This document shows, piece by piece, positions 26,722 to 39,125 of a stretch of 64,000 nt of DNA (positions are counted from its first letter, which is position 1; every line of letters begins with the position of its first letter). The notes under the pieces are model-generated. The model was not told where the DNA came from, searched no databases, and saw only the letters and a program-made list of their open reading frames with translations. This DNA comes from Lytechinus pictus. Its lineage: Eukaryota. Position numbers and translations under genes: made by a program. The stretch is taken from assembly GCF_037042905.1 (NCBI RefSeq), contig NC_087246.1, forward strand, positions 15,314,001 through 15,378,000. The letters run 5' to 3'.

Positions 26722-27674
26722 GTAAGTTAGTTTAGATTTATAACACAGGTTCTCAGTCTGTTATGGTGACACATTAGAAATTTTTACTACGCCACTACCA
26801 TCATCCATAGTCCAGAGGCCCCTTGGAATAGTATGAGGACTTTTAGTTGTCCAAAAACTTATTTAATGTGAAAAAGGTTAATCAAAATTCAACACAATCT
26901 ATAAAAAAAAAAAAGTATCATAGATATATTTTTTCTATTCTCAGTTTGAAGATGCTGCTCTTCAAGGTGTAATATGACACAAGTGGCTTGCAAGCTGTAG
27001 GTTTATTTCTATAATTCAATTTGTGTTCAAGGAAATGTGGAAATAAATGAATTAATCAAGGTCATGTCACTACCAAATTTGATTAGGGTCACCATATCCC
27101 AAATGTAGCAACTCACTTAAACTAAGAGCCACTGCATTAAATTGCGGTTTTGATTACTAAGAGTAAGACGTAGTGTATGGTTGTTACAATCACTTCCAGA
27201 TATATTAATTTCCACTTTGTACATGTGCATGTAGTGCACCTGTGAACTGCATTTTGGTGTGCAGGGAAGTTATCTTCAATATGAAAAAAATATCTGCAAT
27301 AAAAACAGTATATTTGATGATCCAATCAAATAAGATCTCTTTTTCCACATTTCTACTGCACATAATTTTTTCATTGAGAAAGTAATGACGCCCTTCAATA
27401 CATGCCTTTATTGTTAATTTGTTTGGAATTATTACATGTTGGTGTGTTGGTGTTACACTATTGACTGATTTGACTCGTTGATAAAATGATGAAGATTATT
27501 ATGTGGTCTGAGTTCAATTATGGAAGGTTTTAAGGTTATGAGTTTAAAAAATTCATGATAACTACGTTTGATTTACTTCCATTTTAAATGTTAAATATAT
27601 TGACATGGACAGGACCTGTTGGTAACTGATTATTGTATTCACAATGAATTCATTTTACATTTTATTATACACAG

Positions 27675-27833
27675 AGGAGTGCCCAATATCTACACAAAGA
27701 GTTGCCAGTGCGGGTAGCACATCGTATTGCAGAATTCCGGGGTCTACCCTTTATTGTTGGCTGCAATCCCACAATCCTTCATGTTCATGAACTCTACATC
27801 CGTGCATTCCATCTGCTCTCAGAGTTTCCATCA
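27675..27833 (+). CDS. BCKDK: BCKDK coding exon 3
   Basis: [18 protein letters not shown]...[17 protein letters not shown]. Confidence 0.95.
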
Positions 27834-28022
27834 GTAAGTTTTTGTTTTTTCTATGTCGTACTTCATCAATAATAAACACCATTGTAAATAAGATAGACAA
27901 TGGAGATGCATTTCATTTGAGTTTGTTTTTTAGTTTTATGATGTACACATACTGACAACAGTTTGTATTAGGCCTGGGTTAAACTGATATGAAAAGCTGC
28001 ATGCCAGCTGCAGACTGCAGCA

Positions 28023-28307
28023 TAATAATAATAATAATTGGGATTTATAAAGCACTTAATCAATCTATGATTGCTCAGAGCGTTTCACAATTATTATTAC
28101 CGAGTCACTGGATAGCATTTCAAGCAGCCTGTTAGGCGCACACTTGCTTAACCAACCACAATAACGGTTGTTTCTTACTGGTACCCAATTAGCACCTGGG
28201 TGAGAGTGGCAAAGTGTGGATTGACGCCTTGCCAAAGGAGGCTAGGCCATGGTGGGATTCAAACACACGACCCTCTGATTACAACCGCTACAACACAGCG
28301 CTTCCAC
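28023..28307 (-). mobile_element. tRNA-derived SINE
   Basis: On the - strand: B-box-like GTTTGAATCCC, central CCCAGGTG..TGGGTACC block, (TTA)n tail. Confidence 0.7.
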
Positions 28308-28322
28308 AGCAGACCATATAGT

Positions 28323-28610
28323 GTGGGGGCATGATGGTCTTATGGTTATGACTCATATTTCAATCTGAGGGATGTCGGTTCAATTCCAAGCCATAGCGTA
28401 TTTTCCTTCAGCAAGAAATGTATCCACATTGTGCTGAACTCAACCCAGGTGAGGTGAATGGGTACCTGGTAGGAATTCGTTTCTTGAAACGCAGCGTGGG
28501 TAACAGCTGCTCTGCTAAAGCCAGGGTAATTATGCTGCATTACTGTAGAGCTCTTAGAGACTTCTGATAAAGTGTTTGTGCTATATACGGTATAAGCAAG
28601 TATAATTAAA
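28323..28610 (+). mobile_element. tRNA-derived SINE
   Basis: A box TGGTCTTATGG, B box GGTTCAATTCC, central CTCAACCCAGGTG..AATGGGTACC block. Confidence 0.75.
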
Positions 28611-28719
28611 TGGGCCCAGGGCTGCATGTCTTTTGCATTCTTACCCTTACTTGCCACCTACAATGTATTGTCCCATTTATAGACCATAAGCTAGTGAAAT
28701 CTGTGCATCTCTGATGGGC

Positions 28720-28890
28720 TTATAATGCCACTCTCCACCCAAGTGTAGTAAATGAGTACCCGGTAGGAAGGAATTCCGTGAAAGCTCGAGCGTCCAATCA
28801 GGATAGCCGTGCTAAAGCCGGGGTAATAGTATGCAGCACTTAGAAACATTTGTATTAAGCGCTATATAAATGTTGCATATTATTATTATA
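28720..28890 (+). mobile_element. 5'-truncated SINE with LINE-derived tail
   Basis: Same central block; tail CTTAGAAAC..TGTATTAAGCGCTATATAAATGTT..(TAT)n. Confidence 0.7.
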
Positions 28891-30092
28891 AGATCAAATC
28901 ACTTTGTTGAAAATCACTATTTGTTTAAATAAAACATCCCCCAGATTTGCAAATATATTTATCTGTTTATCAATGTATTTTCATTACATTGTAGACGAAT
29001 GCAATATTGTCATTAATAAAGATCTGCTACAATTTCCAAATACCATACATCGCTGTATTTGAGATCTGCCAGCTGAACCAGCAATGTTCTTAAGATGCTT
29101 GCATTTGTAGCACAACGTTGATGATATTGAGTGACTTCCCCATTTTAATATTGTAATTCTATAAATTGAAGTGAAACATTTATCAGTGCTTCTAATCATA
29201 AAGATTGTATTGAGTGTATGTTAGCATGTACATGTACATGTAAGCTTGCATACTGTACCTGGTTTACATAGTGTGCATGCCAAGTGGAGTTGCTTACATT
29301 ACACTGTATTGAGTTTCAGTGTAATGAATATCATTGACCCCTAGACATGTAGGCCTATACATATTAAATACAGAAATGTTTTCGATAATACAGCAGTATG
29401 CTTCTCAGTACACAGCACTTTGAAAAATACAATGTCAATCTTTCTGTGTGGTTTTTATTATGGTTTATAGAAAGGCACGTGATTCATATCTAATTTGAAA
29501 TTTATGAATTTATTAAAAATACATGTACATGGAATACATATTTACATGTACACCTTGCACAGAAGCATTTGTAGTTGTATATTTGGTTTTGAGGTTTACT
29601 TTTATAACCAGATGCTTGAATAGTTGCATGTTAGTATTCAATGCTAGTACTACTGTTGGGTTAGCCCCGTACGGCACTTGACTGCTGATTTCACGATTTA
29701 AATTTTGCTCATATTAATCTGTTCATGACCCCACCCCCATTTCCCATGTTTTTATGGTCTACATGTACATGTATATTGTATAGTCTTACCCTAATTATAG
29801 ACCTTGTGCATTGATGCCATCGCACCACCATCTAAAAGGCTGAAGCCATTGTAGAAGCCATTTGCCTCGCATGCATGGATGATCTTCAGCTGGCACATCT
29901 CTGACAACTCCTACACTTATTCCCATGAGGAGGAGGCTGTGACTGAGATTATGACAGCACATTCATAAAGTCTATTGCAGATATGATTGTGTAATCTTTA
30001 GGGCTACATTATCTACCAATACTGGTGTTTATTACTTCATTCTTAAACTGACAAGATTGTTAGAAAACTGTGGAAGTCAAGTCAACATTTTT

Positions 30093-31572
30093 TGTCTCGC
30101 CTGAACGAAGTTCGGCAGAGACCTAGTAATCACTTTTCCTGTGGATCTGTTGGTCTGTTACAAAATTGTTTTTGTTCAACTTGCTCTCATTTCTTTATTT
30201 CTGCATCAAGTATGTTGACACCTGTTACATATGATCTTTGGGTAATGCCACATGTGTCCATTAGGATGATGGGGTCAAAGGTCATCTAGGGGTCAAGCGG
30301 TCATAATCATCCTTTTTTACACTTTTTGTTCAACTTGCTCTCATTTTTTAATTTCTGCATCAATTATGTTAACACATGGTACATGTATGATGTACAATCA
30401 TTGGTAATACCACATGTGTGTCCATGAGGGTGATGAGGTCAAAGGTCATCTATGGATGGATGAGGTCAAAGGTCGTTGAGGGGTTAAGAGGTCAAATGAT
30501 ATGAGGTCATGTCCATCCTTTTTTTAAATTTTTTGTTCAACTTGCTCTCATTTCTTTATTTCTGCATCAATTACGTTGACACTTGGAGTTATTATTGATA
30601 ACAACTTGACCCTTAACCAGCATATCAGAAATGTTTGTCGTTGTGCATCATGGGGTATTTGTAAGATAGGGAAGTTAAGAAAGTATCTTGATAAATCATC
30701 TACTGAACGTATAGTACATGCCTTTGTATCATCCCATTTAGATTACTGTAATGCTTTACTTGCTGGTTTACCTCAATCTAGTATAGCCCCCCTTCAAAGA
30801 ATTCAAAATACTGCAGCTAGATTGGTAACCCTCACTAAGAAATTTGAACATATCACCCCTATTCTCTACTCCCTCCATTGGCTTCAGGTTCATAATAGAA
30901 TTATTTTCAAGCTCCTTCTCCTTGTCTATAAAATCATCCATGGTCTCGCCCCATCCTACCTTCAAAATCTTATCTCTCTCTGTCACTCATCCTCTGCAAC
31001 TCAACGTCTCTGATCTTCTTCTACTGCTCACCTTCGACTATCTCTAGGACCCCGCACTTTTACCCGTTATGGCGATCGTGCTTTTTCTGCTCTTGCCCCT
31101 AAACTCTGGAACAATCTCCCCATCTCCATCCGTAATGCATCCACTGTCGAATCTTTCAAAACACTCCTCAAATCTTACCTCATTAAGCAGTCCTCTTAAT
31201 TCCATATCCTGTTCTCTTTCACTGTATTTTGCTACCTCTTTTTTCTCTTTCCAATGCGCTTAGAAACTGTTGTATTAAGCGCTATATAAATGTTAATTAT
31301 TATTATTATTATTACATATGATCCTTGGGTAATACCACATGTGTCCGTGAGGATGATGGGGTCAAAAGGTCAAGTTTTTGTTCAACTTGCTCTCATTTCT
31401 TTATTTCTCCATTAATTGTGTTTACACTGGGTACAAATGATCCTTGGATAATACCATACATTGTTGAGGATGATGGGGTCAAAGTCATCTACAAATGTAG
31501 GGGTCAAAAGATCATATAACATATTTTAGTGATCGCGAAATCAGGCAAGCCTATGTGTTTGTGAACCACTTT
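30093..31572 (+). mobile_element. HINE-like element (family B) interrupted by a LINE
   Basis: Starts T-run|GTCTCGCCTGA, has internal tandem units with GGTCAAAGGTCA, and a degenerate 3' subTIR TCAGGCAAGC near 31541. Confidence 0.6.
30584..31314 (+). mobile_element. 5'-truncated L2/CR1-clade LINE (RT C-terminus and 3' tail)
   Basis: LGVIIDNNLT, LDYCNALL, LQRIQNTAAR, HITPILYSLHWL and LWNNLP..FK motifs. One in-frame TGA at 31011 (likely CGA>TGA decay); (TAT)n tail. Confidence 0.9.
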
Positions 31573-33026
31573 ATTGAATACAAAATACAATAAAAATACA
31601 TAGAACCATTTCTGTGAAATTTAGATCTGCAGTAAAATTCAACAACATGAATATAATAAAATCAGGAGAAAGCAACAGTTTATGAATTTTTGTGTCATCA
31701 TCATAATCTTTGTCCTCATCATTGTCATTATATTCTCATCTTCAACATTGATCATTCATTATTGCACACCGCAGTATGCATTTTCTCCATTAATTTTCTA
31801 TTTGTGTCATCTTCCACATTATTCATCATCGCACACTGTGCATGCATTTTGGCTGGATTAAATTCTAAAGTTTTTTATTTGATTTTATTGAAATAGTTGA
31901 TCATCCACTGTCATCATGGTGTGTTTTAAAGTGCAGCCAGACTCTTAAACAAAGGTTCAAGATTTCATGTTTATCTACACCAATGTATATTCCATCTCTT
32001 CCCTCATGCTCACAGCAGGGGAGTGGGAAACCATGAAAATAGCAAATTCAATATTATTGAAGTGAGCATGTTGGAATGTTGTACATATCATTGAATGATT
32101 CAGGATGCTACCTAAAAGTTCATACATGTTTGTACACTGTATATCAATTTGTTTCTATGTACTGCTGTGTACACCACATCCATTTACAAATGAATCCAGT
32201 TGGAAAGTAATGAAAGGTATTTCATAACCAATCTCGCCTTGTTGACATCTATGTCAACAAGGCAAGATGAATTATTTTGCAATCTCGACAAGTCGATTGC
32301 ACTTTAAGTTTAAAGGTTCTGTAACGTTTGACCCTATTAAGAAATTAACTTGCATAACAGTATATTTGTTTAGAATTTTTAATACAACGGTTGATTGCAT
32401 AATGCAATAGAACTGTCAAGTGTTTACATTCTACCCAATGGCTGAGCCACGAACTCCACAATGTGTCATTCTCATGAGCCCCAATGAGATCTATTACATG
32501 TAGCATAAATAATGATAGTAATTAAGTAAATTACCAAAGATAACTGTCCAATTTCCTGACTATTTCCTACCTAATTGTTTGGAAGTTGAAAAGTTTTCAA
32601 GACAGGTGTACAGATCAGTCATTAGATTCGGCAATATTTATCATTCAAATAAAGGAGGGTGAGTCCACAGTCATTCATCCTTATGTCAACTGATTCTAAC
32701 AGGCCTTTAGTGGCTTAGATGCCTGTAATTAAAATAGTTGATAACAAAATAAATACTTGGCGCTAAACTTATATACTTATTGCATACATGTATGATATAT
32801 TTCTTTATTCGCAAATTGCATTATTGCTATGCTGTAGCAAGTGACTAAAGCATACATGTAGTATCATCTCGGATAATTGGTAATAATTTGTTTTATGACT
32901 GGTCTGTGTCTCACAAGAGTTTTTATGTCATATCTTTTATTATTTTATAAATAGACCACTTCTTGTAGAATAGTTAGATCGAGGATATTGATCTACTTTT
33001 CCCTTCTCAGATCATGTATGTGATGA

Positions 33027-33409
33027 ACACCCTGCCTGAGTTTCAGGTGACATGACCAAGGTCAAAGGTCATTTAGGCCATTTTAGGGTCAATGAACTTA
33101 GACCATGTTGGGGGAATCAACATCAAAATCTTAACCTAAGGTTAATTTTTTGAAATGTCATCATAACTTAAAAAATATATGGACCTAGTTCATGAAACTT
33201 GGACATAAGAGTACTGAACATCCTGCCTGAGTTTCAAGTCACATGACCAAGGTCAAAGGTCGTTTAGGGTCAATGAACTTTGGCAAAGTTGGGGGTATCT
33301 GTTGAATTAGCATCATAACTTTGAAAGTTTATAGATCTGATTCTTGAAACTTGGACATAAAAGTAATCAAGTATCACTGAACATCCTGTGCGAGTTTCAG
33401 GTCACATGA
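33027..33409 (+). mobile_element. Internal fragment of HINE family A flanked by a ~65-bp direct duplication
   Basis: Tandem units match 18270-18500; no termini present. Confidence 0.75.
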
Positions 33410-33513
33410 TCTTGTAGAAGAGTTAGATCAAGGATACTGATCTACTTTCCCTTCTCAGATCATGTATGTGATGACCTTAAAATCACTGTTATTACATTTT
33501 ATTGTTTGTCTAG

Positions 33514-33633
33514 ATCCGAGACATGGAGACAGAGAGACAGTACTGTAAGATGGTGAAGACACTATTAGATGACCACAAAGATGTTGTGACCCATCTAGCT
33601 GAAGGCTTCAGAGAATGCAGAAAACACATCACA
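33514..33633 (+). CDS. BCKDK: BCKDK coding exon 4
   Basis: IRDMETERQYCKMVKTLLDDHKDVVTHLAEGFRECRKHIT. Confidence 0.95.
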
Positions 33634-34310
33634 GTAAGTGAGCCTATCAGGTACATTATGATGCTGTTGTTTATGTTATCAAAACACCCTATACAAATGT
33701 ACATCTATGTGCAGAGTATTACAAAATAAGATCATTTACGAGTACTATGAGATAAAGATTTTTTTTTAATCATGACCCAAGAAATTTTACCTCTTTTGGG
33801 TATTAACAGCTTACACATGCATAGCTGCAATCTTTACCATCAGACTTTTGGCAAAGCTAGTGATGCTGCATGGCAAAATTGTTATGTCGAAGAACATGCA
33901 CATTATTTGTGGTACTCATTCAGTAACTATGAATGGGTATACCAGCTACATATACGACAAGGCATTTTTTTTTTACTTTACACATCAGTTATGAGAACCT
34001 GTCCAACTTCCTATGTGCAATCTATCATAGGCTATTCCTAATAAATTAAGGCATACCTTCTGTAAGTCAAAGCCACTTTGGCCACATCTTCCAGCAGGAC
34101 TCTTGGGAGGAATTTTATGTAAATTGTCAGCACTGACTATTATTGACAGCTCTAACAATTTTGGTGAATTCCTTTTGATTGGCAAAGAAGCGTAGCTAGG
34201 GTCTCTGACTGAGAATGACTAGTATGCTGACAAGCTTCATGAAATAGTGCCTTGATGATTGTGGGCTTATCAGTTAATTAAGTTAATATTCACTTCAATT
34301 CTTCTTACAG

Positions 34311-34409
34311 GATGAGAGCCTGATACACAATTTTCTGGATCGCGTCCTCACTTCAAGACTAGGTATTCGGATGCTGGCAGAACATCATCTAGCTCTTCAT
34401 CAAGATAAG
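34311..34409 (+). CDS. BCKDK: BCKDK coding exon 5
   Basis: [33 protein letters not shown]. Confidence 0.95.
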
Positions 34410-34666
34410 GTAACAGTCACTTGATGACCATGTATGGTGGAGAATATTGATTTCTAAAGATATTCCTCTATATGTTTGTACAGAGGCCTACCTCAGCCCA
34501 TTCTATTATTAAAAGAGAGTGGTTGTCTCTGGTCAGCATCACTATTAGGGACTTTTCACAACCACTACTCAGACACTTTATGGAATGTTGAGAATCTATT
34601 GTCACAAGCCCTTAATGACAAAGCATCCTTTGTTTAAAATCGGTGAATAAAAACAGCAGTGACGTC

Positions 34667-34843
34667 CGGGGGGCCGTTTCATAAAGCTGTTCGTAAGTTA
34701 AGAGCGACTTTAAGAACGACTGGTGATCCTTTATTGTGGGAAATGGTATATTCATTGGCGATAGTTACGCGCGTAAGAAAGGTTCACCAGTCGTTCTTAA
34801 AGTCGCTCTTAACTTACAAACAGCTTTATGAAACACCCACCTG
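34667..34843. mobile_element. Hairpin MITE
   Basis: 51-bp arms (34676-34726 / 34784-34834) with one mismatch. Confidence 0.75.
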
Positions 34844-35662
34844 GACTCTGAACAAACAACATCATTGCAATTTTTTCATCAGCTCAGAATCTTAGGACAA
34901 TCTGCTCTCCAGGTTCACCAGTTTTCAACAAAGACATGTGAACTGTTCATTGTGACTTGACAGGCATTTTCTATGTCGAATGTTGTAGAATCCGTCCCCA
35001 TTGCAATTGCAAAAGCTCACTAATGATAGGTCTGGAAGGTGTTTTCCTAAATGAATTAAGAATGTGTAAGCCTTGTAGGTGATTAATTTGGCATTGCTGG
35101 CTTTCCACAATTGAGATTGATTGTGATCAATTGCAAGACTTCATTTAAATGGCAGTGCCAGGTTTATGTAAATAAGCTGTGACACACTATAAAAGATGTC
35201 TGTCTGCCTATGTGTGTGTGGATAAGGCCCTGTTTCTTTGCCGCGATTGAGATTTACAAAATAAAATCCTTACAAGAAACCTCAGTTAGCAGGAAAAGTA
35301 CTTTACTCTCTCAGTTATAACATATTTTTCTAACCGTCAACACACAGATTATTAGTAATGGATTTAATTACTTAGTAGACTCATGCAGTTTGAACCAATA
35401 GATGATTAATTTCTCTTTAAGAAAAGGGTCAATCTTAAATAATTATGTAATTTTACATTATGTCAAAGCAAGTAATTTCCCTGTTTTTGCCTTTCTGTTA
35501 TCCCTTGTTTTACTTTTCACCATCGAAGCACATTGTGACTCATTCCTTCTTTTGTGTGTGTGGTTGGTGTACAAGAATAGTCTGGTTTTCTGATATGATG
35601 AAAAAAAATTATGTTTGACATGTTGGTATTATCAGAGTATTGTTGATGTTTTTGCTCTCCAG

Positions 35663-35736
35663 AATGAGTCCATTGGCATCATTGCCACCAAGATGGCCCT
35701 CAAGAAAGTAATTGAGAAATGGGTCTCATTTGCAAG
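35663..35736 (+). CDS. BCKDK: BCKDK coding exon 6
   Basis: NESIGIIATKMALKKVIEKWVSFA(R). Confidence 0.92.
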
Positions 35737-36110
35737 GTAAGGATGAAATAACCTGAGCTGGTGACTTTTTTATATAATTCTTCATCATTCAGAGCTGGGT
35801 TCATTGCATTTTTGCTCAATGTTGTGACATTGGTTGGTTTTGTCACATGAAGGGGCTTAGACCAATTACTTGTTCAAATTATATATAACAGATATAATAG
35901 CAGCAACAGCAAACATGAGTAGTTGTAGAAGTAGATGTTATATCATCATCTATCAGATCTGATAATGTTACTTAAATGATGTATCTTAAAAGGAATATAG
36001 TAATATGTGAATGTGTAATCAGATGAAAGAAACTTTACACAAACACAAACCAGTGATCTTGGCTAATTATCATTAAATCTGATGTATGTGATGAAATTTT
36101 CTAATTCCAG

Positions 36111-36239
36111 AGAGCAATGTGAGTTGCGATACGGCTATGCTCCTAGTGTGAAGATCAATGGACACACTGGAGCCACTTTCCCATACATCATCCAGCCCTT
36201 AGACTACATGCTTCCAGAACTTCTCAAGAATGCCATGAG
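36111..36239 (+). CDS. BCKDK: BCKDK coding exon 7
   Basis: EQCELRYGYAP...LDYMLPELLKNAMR (GHKL N box). Confidence 0.95.
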
Positions 36240-36880
36240 GTACTTCACCAAATCACAGATTAATGATACATCATTCAGTCAATATCTTACCACATAAGAA
36301 CTGCAATTGCAATTTGATATACTATATGTACTTTCCTGTCAAAAGGATTTATTTCATACAAAGAATGTTTTGTTACCATAATTGTTTTCTGCGTTGGCTC
36401 TGCTTTGCAGATTGCCCTTGTAATATTATTCAATGTACATATACATTATCCACTCCTTGGGGAGAATTATAATGACTTGTCAGGTAGCACTCAAACATGG
36501 ACAATAATACCCATGTGTACATGCAGACTTGCTGTTCCCCATACTACTCAAATTAATCTGTAAAAAAACCACAAGAAAATATAATCTTGAGAATTCTGTA
36601 TTCTTGGGCAATAATCATGATTCATTCCTACCACAATTCTTCTTCAATATCTCTGCTCTTGTGGTATAAGTATAACAACATACCTATTGTTGGAATCTGT
36701 GAACATCATCAAGTAAATACCAAATTTGAAAAAAAATAATTTCTCACTCCCTTGAAACCAGTATTTGCCATGAATAATTGGTCTTTAGAATTGTGAATAG
36801 TTTGTAATTTCTGTGCTTCTTCTGCAAGCTATTGTTGTTTTTACGTACATAATTCTTCTGCATATTTTTCTGATATACAG

Positions 36881-36970
36881 AGCAACAATTGAGAGTCACT
36901 TGGATACACCAATGAATCTACCAGATGTAATCATTACCATAGCCAGTAATGACATCGATTTCATCATTAG
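36881..36970 (+). CDS. BCKDK: BCKDK coding exon 8
   Basis: [29 protein letters not shown](R). Confidence 0.95.
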
Positions 36971-38348
36971 GTGAGTATAAATTGAAATACTGTCCTCATC
37001 TCTGTTCTATGTTGAAGTGTTATTCTCCTCATTACAGTTCATTATTTTGAAGATTAGTGAGACTCCAAGAGTAAAAAAGGCGGAAGATTTGTTGACTTAT
37101 ATTTTATCCATGTACTCTGACACGGTGACAAGCGACTGTCAATAATCCCTGTTTGAGCACAACCAAGATTTCCTCTGTGCTTGACAAAGCAGAAGACGAT
37201 TTCAGCGGTCTTTTTCTGACCATGCGCATTCTGCCATCTTGTTATGACAGAAATATGATTAAATGCAACCTAATGATAACCTCTTGCCCTGTAATGTAAA
37301 CTTAATATTTAATCTTACATTTGATGTCAACCATAGATCAGACATAGCATGTAATAAAAAGTTACAATCTTAAGATGGTTGTATCTCTTTTTAATTTTAG
37401 GGCACTGTAATATATGTACGTTGTGTTTTTGTCACATATTTCATAGGCGCAGAATGAGTTTGATTTAAGAGCATTTGAAAACATTTCCTCCCTTTTAAAA
37501 ATGGAGTGAATTTCAACTTTAATATCACTAAAATAGTTAAGTCTTACTCCATCTGGACCCAAATGGTCTTATTATACCTTTTTTGTCTCCAACCAGTTCA
37601 TGTTATGATAACTATTTGGTCTATTATGCCATTTAATCTGTTTAAAATTGTTTCATATTGCCCAAGTTGAAAACTTTGAAACAGTGCACTGGAATCTGAC
37701 CGGTGGCTGCCAGTCACTGGTGCAATATCATGCAGACCAGTCAATTAATGATAAGGGAATTCATAAGAAATGCAGAGTCAAACTCTTTGAAAATTAGTCA
37801 ATTTATAGAATTAAATTTCATAAAAGTTTCATGTGATATTATCAACTATTAAAGTGGCAGTATGGAAATAAGATTACCATGTAGGACTTCTTAAATTTCC
37901 CTGCTTGAATTTATCGGCCTGTAAAATTATGATACTGTTGCATTTGCAATGCCACATATGCTTACAACTATGATAAGTTACTACATTTCTTCACTTCTCA
38001 TCCTGAGATGACACCTATTTCTAGCGGTCCAGCGGAGTAAGTATGAGTTGCAAATAATTATAGGTGCACTCATCCATAATGCATTACATGCCAATAAGTT
38101 CAAGCAAGAAAATACATGTAGAGGAATCCTGCTTAGTAATCTTAGTTTCATACTTCTACTTGGTCTATTAAAGTTTTGACATTTAATATCATGTGAAAAT
38201 TTTAAATTATAGATGAGGAAATTTCATTTTTAAATGGGTATTTTTTCAGTCTTTGGTGACATTAAATTTTTTAATGTATTTTTTTATGTCACTGGTCCAA
38301 TTATCTGTTTGTTCTTAAAAGAGTGCAAGTGATTAATTCATTTCTATC

Positions 38349-39125
38349 AAGATGTCCCCATTATATTAGGCATTACAAGAGTTGAATGCATTCAGATCCA
38401 TCTCATCTTCTACTGCCAAGTATGATTTCTCTGTGCATTTTGGGGTTTGCAACCATTTTTGTTTCTCTGTTCAAATATTATAGAATTTGATTAACTAGTG
38501 TCTGTTACATATATGAAACGGAATCAGATTACATGAATTTTGTTGCATAGAGCTACCACCATTGATTGTGTGTATGCAGAAGGGCAACTTATGATTTCTT
38601 TCTCTAATGGGAGAAACATCTTAGCAATTCAAATATATCTGAAAATGTGTTTTGCAAGTTTTCCCAGTAATATATTCTCAATTTGTGGAAAAATTGTTAA
38701 TAAAAGAATGAAGAAAACAGAATATATATTTGTTTGTGACTTATTGGTGAGTGGATGATACTGTATTTTAATACAAATCTATGTAATGCTATTGAACTCA
38801 ACCCAGTGAACAAATTTAATTCATTTGAAAAAGATGTCGCCATTAGGTTATTACAATGAGTTGAATATATATTCTTCTACTGTCAAGTATGATTTCTTTG
38901 CATATGTTTGTGTTCTTTCGGAAGAGGAACTATGATTTTCATATTCCCTCTAAATGGAGTAACATCTTGGTAATTAAAAAAAAAATGTTTTTTGCAAGTT
39001 TTTCCAGTGATATTTTCTCTTTGATTTGAGAAATATTTGTTGATAAAACTAAAGCAAGAAGAAAATTGGAGAGTGAATTGTATATATGTACTCTGTATTA
39101 ATCAAACTAATGTTATTGAACTCCT
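38349..39125. repeat. Old diverged tandem duplication (38349-38800 / 38831-39125)
   Basis: Collinear shared blocks AGATGTC.CCATT, TCTTCTACTG.CAAGTATGATTTCT, TTTGCAAGTTTT.CCAGT, AATG.TATTGAACTC. Confidence 0.65.

Noticed and set aside
28323-28395. tRNA gene
   Set aside because: A and B boxes are present, but the sequence continues into a SINE body and tail with no convincing cloverleaf.
29225-29775. Recurrent TACATGTA octamers
   Set aside because: Scattered through the window as a background motif with no local structure.
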